Shown here: positions 11,973 to 25,200 of the stretch, in pieces | Layout: each line of letters opens with the position of its first letter | Position numbering within the stretch: the first letter of the stretch is position 1 | Source: Paraspadella gotoi | Taxonomy: Eukaryota; Animalia; Chaetognatha | Direction: 5' to 3' | Length of the DNA stretch: 64,000 nt | NCBI GenBank assembly: GCA_051294375.1 | Contig: CM119266.1 | Coordinates: 17,354,087-17,418,086, forward strand | Position numbers and translations under genes: made by a program | Notes under the pieces: generated by a model | Database searches by the model: none | Seen by the model: only the letters and a program-made list of their open reading frames with translations | What the model was told of the DNA's origin: nothing

Positions 11973-13299
11973 AGCATTTACATTAACTGATAAAGTTAAC
12001 ATATGAAGTATTATTGATTGTTTCGTTGCACTAACTTTTTCTTAATAATATGTACAATTCATGTGCCTTTATTAAAAGGTAATTTTTTGAAAAAATCCAC
12101 TCCTTGAATAGTAATTAGCAATTATACGTATAGTTAAAGAATACCATGATTGAAAAAAAAATTGTCGCGGTTTGGAAAAGTCGGTTAATTTCATTGTCAA
12201 ATATATTTTTTGGCTGTGAAATATATTTTAATATGTAATATGACCTCCTAGGACTGAATAAAATATTATTTCTCAACAGCATAAAATTATTTATTGCATA
12301 CAATTACTTCCAAAAGAGGTTGTCTCTAACTGTTTTCACCTCTTTTTGATCAAGAGGACTACTCATATTATTATTAATACTATACTCTGACATAATATTT
12401 TTTATCAGATTTTGGGCAAAAATGGTCTTTGGCAAGCAGTGAAAAGGATTGATCCCTATAAAGTAAACCAGGCTTGAGTTGTTACTGTATAATATGATGA
12501 TGCATTATCTTTCCCTTCAACAAAATCTTTGATTTTTTTTGGCTTGTTTGATACTTCCTTCTGATAATACATCCAGAGGTAAATAAAAATGATAACTTTG
12601 TAAAAAATTTTGACATTTCCTATCTATAAATAAATATTAAAAAAATAATTACTAGTGCTTCTAGCCATTTTAGAAAATTTTGGTCCATTGAAAGTTTTCT
12701 CAGAAATGTATGAAGTTTCATTTAGGAAGGTTGCCAAATCTAACTTATAACTTTTATTGATACTTTACAATATAAAAAAAATATTCTGGAGCATCTACAG
12801 CATCAATTTATTTTTAATATCGCATTTTTTTTGTCATATAAATTAAGATTCATCCCTGAATCTATCCTAATAGTAATAGAGATGATGCAATAACCATTTG
12901 ACATGAGACTGAGAAAAGGCAGGGATTTTTAATAGTAACGGTTTAACTCAAAAAGTAATACAAAAGAACCGGAAATTAATATAAATAAAAAGTGTAGACA
13001 ATGAAAGTGTAGACATGAAAAAGATAAAAAGAAGGAAGCATTTTTTTGGACAACTCTTTTTTTTTTGCATGAAACTTTTGTATTTTTTGTCGTACATANN
13101 NNNNNNNNACAACTCTTTTTTTTTGCATGAAACTTTTGTATTTTTTTGTCGTACATAAATAAGATACAGCTTATATGAATCACAAGAGGCCAAAGTTTTT
13201 TGATACGTATCTAATTTTTATTTTTCGATTCTTAAATTAAAATGCCGAAAAATAGCTGGAAAGTAACCGCGACAATTTTTTTCCATCATGGTACATTCA

Positions 13300-13500
13300 T
13301 AACTGTTATTTGTTATATTCATATATTTGTGATTCTTTAATCGTAGTCTATATAACCCCTATATTAATTTTTTTGAACTTTTAAATTTCAAGTTTAAATT
13401 TTTTTTACCAAAATAAAATTTTTCAGCAAACAAGTTAGAACTGGGTACGGTTTTCAAAGAGCTCAAAAAGTTTATTCTTCAATGTTATTTTTCATCTTAT
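13300..13500 (+). pseudogene. Degenerate duplicate of the XKR 3' exon
   Basis: 13429-13476 encodes NKLELGTVFKELKKFI versus KKLEPGIVFQELIKFT in the XKR C-terminus; flanks weakly similar. Confidence 0.5.
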
Positions 13501-14470
13501 TGCAATAAATCTGTTTTTAAATCAGTATCCTTAAAATAATCAAAATAATATAGAAATTAATGATTATCTCGAATTAGCGTTACTACTTTGTAATCGTATT
13601 ATCCAATTTTAAGTAAATAAAAGTAAAAGGCAATCGGCCTCTTGCATAACGGCTATTAAAATTTTATTTCTCCTTGACATTTAAAGTTACTAATAACCTC
13701 CACAGCAGATATAAAAATGATGGATGTTGTAAGAAATAAAAGATAAAAGAAGAATACAGAGAATACAGAATACATGAAGAATAAAGCGTAGCAAAAATAT
13801 AACAATCAAGTGGAATCAAAATTCGAATAGTAGATCACGAACAGGCTTGTACTTGTGAACATTTTTAAATAAAAAAAAATTAATTTTTGCATACGCCCAT
13901 ATTTATGCATAGTACTTTAAATTTTAAAATGTTTTTTTTCTTATTTTTAAAAGCAGATTCGAATTCCTCACGAAAAGTTGATTTAAGAAAATTAGAAATT
14001 TATTTCATTAAGTGGGTCTAAATCTTAAAAAACTATTATAATTAACCTAAAATTAAATTTTAGTATAAAAAATATAATTTTTTTGAATTTTTGGCTAACT
14101 TAATGAAGGAATTTTTGATTAAGACAATTTTTTTCACCCCCAGGGGATCTGCCATGGGGCCGCCCCTAAACGCTAAAGAAACTTTCCCCCCCTGGCGGCA
14201 CACCTATATGTATTGTTTTTGCCCACCCCCAGAGGTTATCCCGAGGTATGACCCCTCGTCGTCGCCCCTAGCCACCCGCCAGGCGGAAAGCTTTTATTCT
14301 GATGGTATATTTGTAAAAATCAGAGTACAAATGTTAAACGGTATTTAATAATTGAACAATTAAATATTTGATAACAATCTTTAAGACAGGCCGGTCCTCA
14401 AAAGTTTCTGCAAAGTTCAAGAAATTCGAATTTCGGGAAACCGGTAAATCTACGGAAACAATAACATGAT

Positions 14471-14940
14471 TGATTGAAAGCTTGCAGGGACCTGCTATGT
14501 CATTATCTTGTAAGAGTGATGGAGGCCTTAAACCACCAAAGCCTGTCCAAAGTCAGGGGCAAGATAGCTTATTTATTAAATGAATGGATAATTTTTATAT
14601 TGGGTGTACAATTTCATAAAATTCAGCTCCTTGTATTTTGATGCTAGTGCGGAGTACAATAAGTATTCCCCGATCTAATACTAAAGGGAGTGGTCTTTTC
14701 ATACAATTGAAACATTCTTTGAAATATTTTACACTTCATTGATAGGGAAGCCAGGTACTCTGGGAGTGAATAAAGGGACTGTGAGAGAGTCTTGATTGAA
14801 AGCTTGCAGGGACCTGCTATGTCATTATCTTGTAAGAGTGATGGAGGCCTTAAACCACCAAAGCCTGTCCAAAGTCAGGGGCAAGATAGCTTATTTATTA
14901 AATGAATGGATAATTTTTATATTGGTTGTACCAATTTCAT
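14471..14940 (+). repeat. Dispersed repeat family, here as two direct copies 322 bp apart
   Basis: tgattgaaagcttgcagggacctgctatgtc...ggggcaagatagc at 14471 and 14793. Related copies at ~26905-26995(-), 37255-37348(-), 41240-41335(-), 50808-50920 and 56008-56200. Confidence 0.75.
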
Positions 14941-14994
14941 AAACTTGTAAAGGTCGACAACTTAACTTTTTAAACCAGAAATCCTGTGACTAGG

Positions 14995-15259
14995 ATTCGG
15001 GCTTACCAGTATGGACAAGGCACTAAGTGGGCTGAAGACTACTATACCTATTTTTTGAGCCCCTTCAGCAGCAATGGAGCCAGGCTTGAGGGTTTTCCAG
15101 ACCCCCAAAGGGGTTTACAACCATCCTCACCCTTCAAGCATCGAAGGTACCATTGGGTATCAATCCCGGTACCTATTGGTCATGAGCTGTTGGTTTTACT
15201 CAATGAGTCACCGTGTAATGCCTATAAGTTGGGTGAACTTATAGCAATGCCCGACTACA
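14995..15259 (-). mobile_element. Copy of tRNA-containing LTR (15010-15259) followed by a PBS-like TGGTAAGCCC
   Basis: Starts TGTAGTCGGGCATTGC on the minus strand and carries the tRNA-like A/B boxes. Homologous to 41601-41884 but lacks the internal P4-like hairpin. Confidence 0.65.
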
Positions 15260-15661
15260 GGTCTTCCTCTCCTTTCCAATATTTTATGCATAATATTATT
15301 ATTTATAAAAATATACAGGTATAAAAATATAAGAGATATAGTTATAAAGATTATGAATTGACCTTCTCCTCGTTGCTGATGGAAGGGAAAAGAAAAAAAG
15401 TTTCAAGTCTGGAAGATCTCTTATCCTAACAACTGATATTCTAAAATTGTGTATAAATCATGTTACTTTGTATTAACTATGTTTTTCTTATGTCCTTACA
15501 AACAGCAGATAATTAATTGTAACATGATATAATAACATAGCAAAAAACCTGAATAATAACAGCTAAAAGTATAACAAATTAACAATTAACCAGAGAGTCT
15601 TTGAGTTACAATTTCCTCTGACTCATGAGGAATATATTTTCTAGTGGCTGCAAATAGCGGA

Positions 15662-18600
15662 TTAATTGCATTCCATTTTTTTTCTGATTTCATTGATTAA
15701 CTTTTCATGGGCGCCAGACAAAAATCTATAAGTTGGAAAGGCGTTGATGTCCAAAACATAATGCATGGGGTTCCTTTCGTCTTCTCCATTTCTTTTTTCA
15801 ACAATGATGTCAAAGTTGTAGAGGGAAAGGCCCAAAGAAGAATGAATTTGATTGACTATTTTGTCAAAAGTTGTGGTGTTGATTGATTCTCTTTGTATTT
15901 CATCTGTCTGAAAAATAATATTTATCACAAACCTGTAAAAATCTACACACAGATTGATTTAAGATTTTTTTAAATTATTTACTTTCACCGCTACCATAAA
16001 GTGTCCTATACATAAATTTATTTAATAAAGTTTACACAAATGTGTTTTTACCTGACTTAACCAGTGCCCAGAATCTGGTTTCGTGACATTCCGAGTGTTA
16101 AATAAAATTAAGTCCTCTTTAGAATATTTGATGATTTTTATTGAAGGCCTCTTCATGATCTGATAGTAATTTCCTGATTTAAAAAAGTTCTCTTCTTAAA
16201 TGCGATGATTTCGAAACACATTACAACTAGGTCTAAAAAAACAGATGCATTGTAAATAAAAAGTATAACAATTTTTATTATTTTAAAAAAGGTAAAAAGG
16301 AATAGTTTTTGAAGAAGTGTTATTTCAATAAATGTATGTGTACCTTAAAAGAAAGAATATTTTTTAACTGACCTATGACATATATTTTCCATAATGTGGC
16401 TCCGTGGTCGATAAACGTTTGCACAATGCAGGGAAATTCGGTCCAAGATAACAAACCATTTTCATTTAATGCGATTCCCATGTTATGTTCCGTCTGACTA
16501 AGTCCTTTTATAACTGATAAAATAGTATATCTTTAATTTTTTAAGAAAAAAAATAAAATCACAAACTTGAAAAATATTTAAAGAAAATGAAAAAATTTAA
16601 AAAAACATAAATCAAGTAAAAATAAACTTACATATTTTATTGACCAAAATTCAGATATAATTATTTAAAAATCTAAAAATAAAAACTTACTAACTGGGAA
16701 GTCAATTTTATGGTCTTTTAAAACTTGAAAATTAAAGCAGTTGTCTTGTTTCATTAGTTTCACGTATCTTGGCTGCAACGCGATATCTATAAAAATATTA
16801 AACAAAATTAGTAAGATAATATTGTAAACCCTAAAATTTACTATAAAAATAAAATTATTTGCATTATCACTGTTCAGAGTTTAATTGATCGCACGAACTT
16901 TAATCATCAAAGTAAAAGAATATTACCATTTATTGGTGACAAGGCCTCATTTAAAAAAGCAGTGAGTGTTATTCTGTTTTCAATTTTTTCCACATTTTTC
17001 ATTGGATTAAGAAGTGCGACATTAGTTTGATTCTTCATAAACTGGTCTACCCTTGCATAATCTGAAACATAAATTTAAAAGAATTCACAATGATTTCTTT
17101 TTTAGTTATAGTATTTTAGGGTATCAAATTCAAATTATTACTGATACTTGTAATCTTGTCTCACCTTCCTCGTCTTTTACCAAATGAAGAAGTAAATCGT
17201 AGTTAGAAAAAGTTTGGTTAGGATGAAAGATGAAATCCAGAGTGATTCCTCTTTGCCTCGATTATAATAAAAAGGATTTCATGTCATGAAAATCAAAACA
17301 TGAATTTAAAAAGATATTCAGACACGGAACCATGCAAAAAGAGAAATATAAAGAATTTGCGGCGGTATAATCACACCACTTCACCTCCGACCTCCTTCAG
17401 CCAATCCCAGCGGCTCAGCTAGGGATCGCAAATACCAAACATGCCCTTCTATCCATACACATCCAATTCCCCGTCGCGTTGGCAAAGCGTGACGTTACTA
17501 TTGTACCCGCGCCAGCAGTTGGGGTCACTACTGAGTAAGGCGTAGTGAAAGTTACATACGAAAATTTTAAAAGTATGAACAACATACCATCAGTGAACAT
17601 TAATTTGTAAAAAAAATTAATTTTATATTTTTTAATTTTTGCAGTAGGCTATATTTATATATAGTACTATCCTTATAAAATCGAAAAATTTAAAAATAGG
17701 CTTTTCTTAATTTTGATTGCAGTTTTGAATTCCTCTTAAAAAGTTGTTAAAAAAAAAAACATAAATTATTTTTAAAAATTCTTTCATTAAGTGGGGTTAA
17801 AAATTAGAAAAACTATATTTAATATATAAAAAGTTAATTTTCAGCTTAAAATATAGCTTTTTCTAATTTTTGACCCACTTAATAAAGGAATTTTTCAAAA
17901 AGAGTTATATTTCTTTTTATGACGAATCCAAATCTGCAAAAAAAATTTTACAAAAAAACTGTTTTGANNNNNNNNNNTAAAAAGTTGTTAAAAAAAACAT
18001 AAATCATTTTTAAAAATTCTTTCATTAAGTAGGTTAAAAATTAGAAAAACTATATTTAATATATAAAAAAGTTAATTTTCAGTTTAAAATATAGCTTTTT
18101 CTAATTTTTGACCCACTTAATAAAGGAATTTTTCAAAAAGAGTTATATTTCTTTTTATGACGAATCCAAATCTGCAAAAAAAAATTTACAAAAAACTGTT
18201 TTGAAATTTTAACATTTATTAGTTTAGTACTAGTATAAATATGGCCTACTGCGTAAATTGTAAAATTTATTATAAATCTTTTTATTACATAAATGTTCAT
18301 TAGTATAATGTTTTTCGTTCCTCACTTTTAGAATTTTAATTAAAGTAAAATTTAGAAATTTTACTACGCCTTACTACTGAGGGTCCGAAGCCACAAACGC
18401 TAACGTGGAGATAACCTCCAACCTGGCTGTTGCTATAAAATGTTTATTGGGTCGATATAAAATAATCTTAGTTTGTTAATAAAAAACAAATTACATTGTT
18501 ATGTGGGTGACGTAACTTTGGCGTTGCGATGACGTNNNNNNNNNNAGAATATCATATTGTAATATATACTTTAAAGGAGTTCTATTTGATTTATGATAAT

Positions 18601-18968
18601 GTTTATCAAAAAAAAAATTTATATTAAATATAAATCTGTCCTTATTTTTACTTCATCCCAACCCTTATTCTCCCATTTTTAAATCACCCGCATTTTAGTT
18701 TCAGCGACTCCAAACCAGTTTTAATCGCTCTTTTCTCCTTCATCATCAAAGCAACGCGGATTTGTTTGTCTCCAGAGACATAGGGATTCGCATCATTTAA
18801 ATTTTTGTCGATCTTGCGCCAAACTCCCAATGGATTATAAACATTATTGTTATGCAGAATGGTGAGGGATTGAGGCCATAATGTTGACAACAGAGAGCAA
18901 AAATAGTTCCATAAGCGACCCATGCTGTAGTAATATTGACTGAATGTTTCGTTCAGGAAAATTGCCAT
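15662..18968 (-). CDS. ITPK1: Inositol-tetrakisphosphate 1-kinase (ATP-grasp), 7 exons, 370 aa
   Basis: Exons 18968-18688, 17256-17165, 17061-16927, 16786-16691, 16513-16373, 16173-16052, 15907-15662 all splice in phase. Motifs FPVIIK, HNMGIALNENGL, PCIVQTFIDH...KIYVIG, KRPS, LGLSLYNFDII, VLDINAFP match ITPK1. Confidence 0.92.
17535..18374. mobile_element. MITE-like element in ITPK1 intron 1 with TIRs and 6-bp TSD
   Basis: Ends GTAAGGCGTAGT...ACTACGCCTTAC with imperfect TIR extending inward. TACTGA is duplicated at 17529-17534 and 18375-18380. Contains an assembly gap. Confidence 0.65.
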
Positions 18969-19341
18969 GATTATATCAACAGTAAAACAATTACTGTTTT
19001 AAATCTAAGATCGTATCTGTTGTAAATCACAATGAACACATTGCAAATCAAAACATTTTTGTTCTATAAATGTATGATAAAACAAGTTTGAGCAAACGAT
19101 GGCCGCGATCCGCCCTCGATCATAAGCGGTAAGCAGCTGATCAGATAATTAATTAATTAATTAATTTATTATTAATTCATAATTAATTAATTTATTTATT
19201 TTCATAGTAAATGTAAATTTCCACGATCATTAGCGGTAAGCAGATGATCAAATAATTAATTAAATAAAATCAATGATTAAATAATAAGTTTAGACGTAAA
19301 GCATTTGAATTAGAAACTAATATTATAAAAGCACTTCGTAA

Positions 19342-19480
19342 CTATGACATAAATTTTCCATAAGGTAGCTCCATGATTGATAAAAGTTTTGTGCAAGGCA
19401 AGGATTTCAGTCCAAGATAAAATCATTTTCATTCATAGCAATTCCCATGTTGATATCCGACTGACTTTGGCCTTCATGAC
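19342..19480 (-). pseudogene. ITPK1: Frameshifted duplicate of ITPK1 exon 5
   Basis: Clear similarity to 16373-16513 (NMGIAMNEN..., TFINHGATLWKIYVI across frames). Acceptor retained; frameshifts present. Confidence 0.8.
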
Positions 19481-21212
19481 TGACAATTATTGAAAGGGAA
19501 TTTATTCAAACAAAGTTTGTCAAGTATTATAACTTATCATTTCTTTAAACTTGAAGTAAATGTCAAACCTTCGTCATATTTAAACTAGTTGAAGCATAAA
19601 ATCGTATTGTATATAAGCTTCCGTCGGATCCATACGATTCCTCTTTTCCTAAATGTAAATATGGGTATGTATAGTTGTATACGCACAATTTGAAAATTAT
19701 ATTTATGTAGAACTTAACTGGTGACTCGTGTTGACCTCAATCATTTGGATGACCTAAGTCACAAATATCCCTTTCACCAAACTACAAGTCGTCGTCGTTG
19801 TCTGTCGTCGTTCATCGTCGTCGGCTCTCTTTCTCTCTGTTTAACGGGATATTGCAAATATATTGCGAATAACAAGTCAAGTTCGGTGAAAAAGGATCTT
19901 GGGCATCTTTGTTCATCCCGAGTTAAAACATTAAATTTTACTCTCTTTGTAGTTCCTCGAAAAAAATTTACCTGCATTTGTTCCTTAACTTTTCAACACC
20001 AAAGGAGTGATATCGTTTTTCGTTCATGAAGAGAGCGACTCGAATAGGCTTGTCTGCGTGAAATTGCTTCGTCCACATCGGATAGTTGCTCATCGATTTT
20101 GCTCCAAACTAGGACAGTGAAATGTTCAGTTGTTTTTGTGCGAGTCGTCGTGGGATTCTAGTCACAATATAGGCAGAAGGCGCGAGAATAAACGGAGTAT
20201 ATAAGTTTTGTGAAACATCTTTGCTAATAGGATTTGAAGAATATGGTAAAAAAAATTTTTTCGAAGTGTTGATGTAAGGATTTTGTTACGATTTTCATCG
20301 TGAAGTTCAAAATTGTAAAAAAATAGAAATGATATAAATTTTGTGCTGAAAAAATGCGTGAAGATTTTATTACGAGTTTTACTTGATTTTCCTATTTGAC
20401 CCTTCAAGGGTAAGGTAGGGTAAGACTCTCTCTCTCTCTCTCTCTCTCATTCTCTTTCTCTCTCTTTCCCTTGACGATTACCTTAGGAATTCTTTAAAAC
20501 TGGTTCATCAACTTTCGTTAATTGATTTTTAGTCTGTGGACAAATTTAATAAATGAAGATAATTAAATCCGGAACGCTAAGTTACGAGCAATTTATCGAG
20601 CAACAACTTCATAGGATGAGTTTAGTTTTAAACAAACATATTCTATATGATTCCTAGTAACCACAAGGAATGACTTTTTTTTTACATGGAGAACTTAACT
20701 ACATTCTATTCGATTACTGATCGAGCAGCAGTAGCCGTTGATAAAACAACCTTGAAAGATTTTTTTAAAAAATCATTATTAATTTGGTTTTGGCTTGCCA
20801 TAAAAACTGATGAAAAAAAAATATTGATCTTTTTTAAACTACAATCCTTACCAAAATGATCATTCTGAAAAACTACATAACCTTAAAAGAATTCCCATTT
20901 AAAAAGAAATTTTATATTATTAAATTATTATTTTATATTATTAAAAAATATCAAATAGAGCATTGATTTATCTTGCAAACCTTTGTCTTTGCGTTTGCAA
21001 TATTCTTGACTTCTGATTTTTAGTATCGTCGCTGTCATTGTCGTCTTCAAACTTAGAAAAAAGCAGGTATATATAACTAAATTCAGGAATTTATTAACCA
21101 TTAGCTTTCAAAACTCAATGCCATGGCTCACGTTCCAGGGAATTGTCACATGACGTGGCTTTTTTGTTAACTGAAAAAAACTGGTTTCCTTTGGTTCGGA
21201 GATAATGTTGTG

Positions 21213-21214
<2 letters not shown>

Positions 21215-21273
<59 letters not shown>
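21215..21273. repeat. (GA)n microsatellite
   Basis: Perfect dinucleotide run. Confidence 0.95.
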
Positions 21274-21279
<6 letters not shown>

Positions 21280-21595
21280 TATAAACCGATTAAACGAATA
21301 CGGCCTTGGGCACGCCTATTGCGGCCAATGTCGCCTCTGGGCTCAGATATTAATATCGTTAGATTCGTTACGTATAACAACAACAGACGACTGTTAAACA
21401 TTACAACGGACATAGTTGTAGAACACGATTTAAAAATTAATGTGGTTAGGACAATCGAAAGCGTAAAATTTAAGATAACAATGATTAGACGATCTATCCT
21501 CATGGTAACAAAACGTAATTGGAGATCTGTACGTCTGAGGGTCATCCAGTTCGATTTCTTTTACGATGTCTTGAAAAAGTATTTCTCTTTTCTTA

Positions 21596-21726
<131 letters not shown>

Positions 21727-22211
21727 TTTTCTTTCTTTCTATTTCCTTTTTTCCCTTTTCTATTCTTTTTTTTCTTTCTAATTTCTTTCTCGTGTTCATG
21801 TCTTATGTTTTTCCATAACCTTCATTTTTCGTTCGTGTTAAGGTCAAAAGTGTCAACGGAGAACTTTTCTCCATGACAACGGAAACATCGAAGACACGAC
21901 ACCATAAACTATAAAAGGAAAAAAAATTATCATCCTCCTCTTCCCCCTCCTCTTCTTCTTTTTCCTCCTCCTCCTCTTCCTCCTCCTATCTTTTCATTCA
22001 TCGTTTATCCTTTTAATGCAATAGATTTTCCTTTCAACGTTTACGAGCAAAACGATTTTTCATATCATCAAATTACAAATCTAATGGAATCATAAAATGG
22101 CATGAATGCCCATGTTAGATTCAACATGCCATGTCCGTGTTTTCGGTCATTTTTTTATTGAGATCATTTGGGTATATCATTCGACGATAATGAACCTTTG
22201 AACTTTTCAAG

Positions 22212-25200
22212 ATGCTCTCGTTGTCCAGCATCAGGAGGGCATCTAATACAGTAGGTAAGACTTTGATGCTCGATATCTTTACGCCGGATTTTTCGATTAT
22301 GAATCACGATAACAATACACTGTGCACTGTGTGCAGGTCTTCGATCCGCGACAACTGTGCAAAGCTACGATCCTGGACAGGCCAAAAGCGCTTTCGGTCA
22401 ATTCGTCAAAAATAGAGGTAACGTTTAGCCGTCTATTTTTCTGTGTGTCAATCAGTCAATTTGTCGATCTCTCAAAATGTCAGCTCCGTTAACATGTCTA
22501 TCACTCTGTCATTTTGTCTGTCGATTGTTATCAGTAAGTCAATATGTCAGGTGGTCAATCTGTCCCTCTACCTCCTCCTTCTCTCTCCCGTTCCTACTCC
22601 TCCGCCCTCCTCTCTCTCTCTAACTCCCTACCTCCCCGTTTTTATTCTTCTCTCCTCTCCCTTCTTTCTTTCACCCATATATACTTTTCCCCCTGTCCCT
22701 TCTCTCCTCTGCCTCTCTTCCCTTCCACCTCCCTCCCTCTCTCCTTTACCTTTCGTTCCTTCCTCTCCCTTTCCTTCATCCTGCCCTTCCCCCTCTCGAT
22801 CTCTCTCCTCCCCATCTCTCCCTCTTTTCACGCCCCTCTCCTTCCTTCCTTCCTCCCTCCTCTTCTTCACTTCTCCCCCTTCTCTTTCTCTTCTTCCCTC
22901 TCCTTTCCTTCATCCTACCTCTCCCCCTCTCTCCCTCCCTTCTCCCTCTCTCCTTCTCTCCCTTCCTCTTCCTCTCCTTCCTTCATCCTACCTCTTCCCT
23001 TTCCCTTCCTTTCTCCCCCTCTCTCCTTCTCTCCCTTCTTCTCCTTTCCTTCATCCTACCTCTCCCCCTTTCTCCTTCCTTTCTCCCCTCTCTCCTTCTC
23101 TCCCTTCCTCTTTCTCTTTCTCTCCTTTCCTTCATCCTACCTCTCCCCCTTTCTCCTTCCTTTCTCCCCATCTCTCCTTCTCTCCCTTCCTCTTTCTCTT
23201 CCTCTCCTTTCCTTCATCCTACCTCCCCCCTCTCTCCCTCCTTTCTCCTTCTCTCCCTTCCTCTTCCTCTCCTTTCCTTCATCCTACCCTTCCCCCTCTC
23301 TCCTTCTTTTCCCCTTTTTCCTCAAAGCCTCCCGCTCGGGTTTCCACAGCAACATCGACGCAGCAACTGAAGGCGACGGAGTTGAAGAATATGAAGAGGA
23401 TCTCTTGGCCACGGGTATCGTCGTCGTCGTCGTTATCGTCGTAGTAGTTGTTGTCCGAATCACTAAGGTTATAATTATCGATAAAATTGGTAAATTTTAT
23501 ATTTTTAAGTCTGTCTTACGTTAAAGATGCTCATAGCTCATAACTCATAACTCATAACACATTTGTTAATACCTAAAAAAAACCTAAAATCTAAGCGACC
23601 ACTAGCGCCGCCATTTGTTTTCTAAGGAAATCTTATATAAACTATACAAAATAAAAGACTTTATTCCAATGAATGAAGTACGTGTCGAATATAGACGGAA
23701 ATAAACTGCGGCGCAACACAACATTTGGATTTTCGTTCTTGTTCGGTTATTGTTCAGTTTTGAAAACATGGCCCAAACTTTTAATTAATCAGGCGAAATG
23801 TTTTTTGACAGGCGACATTCAAGAGATTAACAGGCGACTAAACGCGGCATTCAGAGAAGGCCTGGCTTGGGAGAGAGTGGGAAGATACGATAAGATGAGC
23901 TCTTGCTATCATAGGTTATTTACACTATTTTTTAAGGTGAGTGAGACAGAGAGAGAGAGAGAAAAGAAATAAAAGAAAGGCAAAGAAGACGCACACAGAA
24001 GAATACAGAATTAGACATTCCCCCTTTTTCTTTTCAGTATTGCCGCAAACTCGACGTCCCTCTAATGAAGCAAGGCTATGGCGCCCTCTTCTACGAACTC
24101 CACGCCCACTATGGCGTCGCGTTGTCGCACGTTGGAGAATATAAGAAAGCGGCGAGAGAATTCACGAAGGCGGTGGAGGCGGTGTCGACTCCAAAGGTGT
24201 GGTCGGGAGGGTAGAGGAATCTGGTGGAATCTAGTGAAAAGAAATAAAAAGAAGAAAAAAGTAAGAGATGTTGAGGATATAATTGTATCTCTCTCTCTCC
24301 CTAATACAACCAGGGCACCTGTCGCGCCGGATGCAAGACGCTCTCCTGTCTGCACCCACCGCTTTTTGCCAAACGCGCCATCGCCAACGCGTTGACCGGA
24401 AGTAAAAAACAGGTATAGCTAAAATACTGAAATATATATATTTTTTTAAACTAAATTAAATGATAAACGTTATTAAAAGTATTCCCTAATTAGTAAAAAC
24501 GGAATCAAAACATATAAGAAATAATTTGAACTGCTACAATATGCAAATGAGGTTGAACAACTCGATCTCAGTTAATTAGTAATGAACCAGAAGTTACATG
24601 CGCTACACAGGCGTTGAACGACGCTAACCGGGCCTGCATGTTGGACTCAAAAAACCCGGATGTGTATTGCATACGGGCTTTGGTGAAGGTAAAAGGGGAG
24701 GAGGAGAGATGGAGGAAGGGCAGGAAGAGGAAAGTGAGGAAAAATAAGAGGAGAGAAAAGGGGAGAAGGGCAAAAAAAGAGGAATAGGAGCTTTTTTTTA
24801 CCTTGTTTAAATTCATTATGATGCTGTTGGATTTGATGATGATGATGATGATAATAATAATGATAATAACTGCTCACAACTGCACTTGCGTTTGTCATAG
24901 TCATATCCCAATATCCCCAATTCCATATTTTTCACATGTCACAATATATGCCAATCCCCTATTATCCTAAGGTCCTAATGCCCCTTTAACGCCTCTCCTG
25001 TCCAGGGCACCATCAACAAGGCCGTCTACATAGACGAGATTCTCTCCGACCTCGATCGCGTACTCGAGATGAACTCCCATCACGTCCCCGGCCTCGTCCT
25101 CCGCAGCAGCTTCGACCCGGCAGAGCGGGAGCAGCGACTCTTCGCCTGGAAAGCCTGCAGGCGGAACCCGGACGCGCAAGTCTTTATTCCTTTGACGGAT

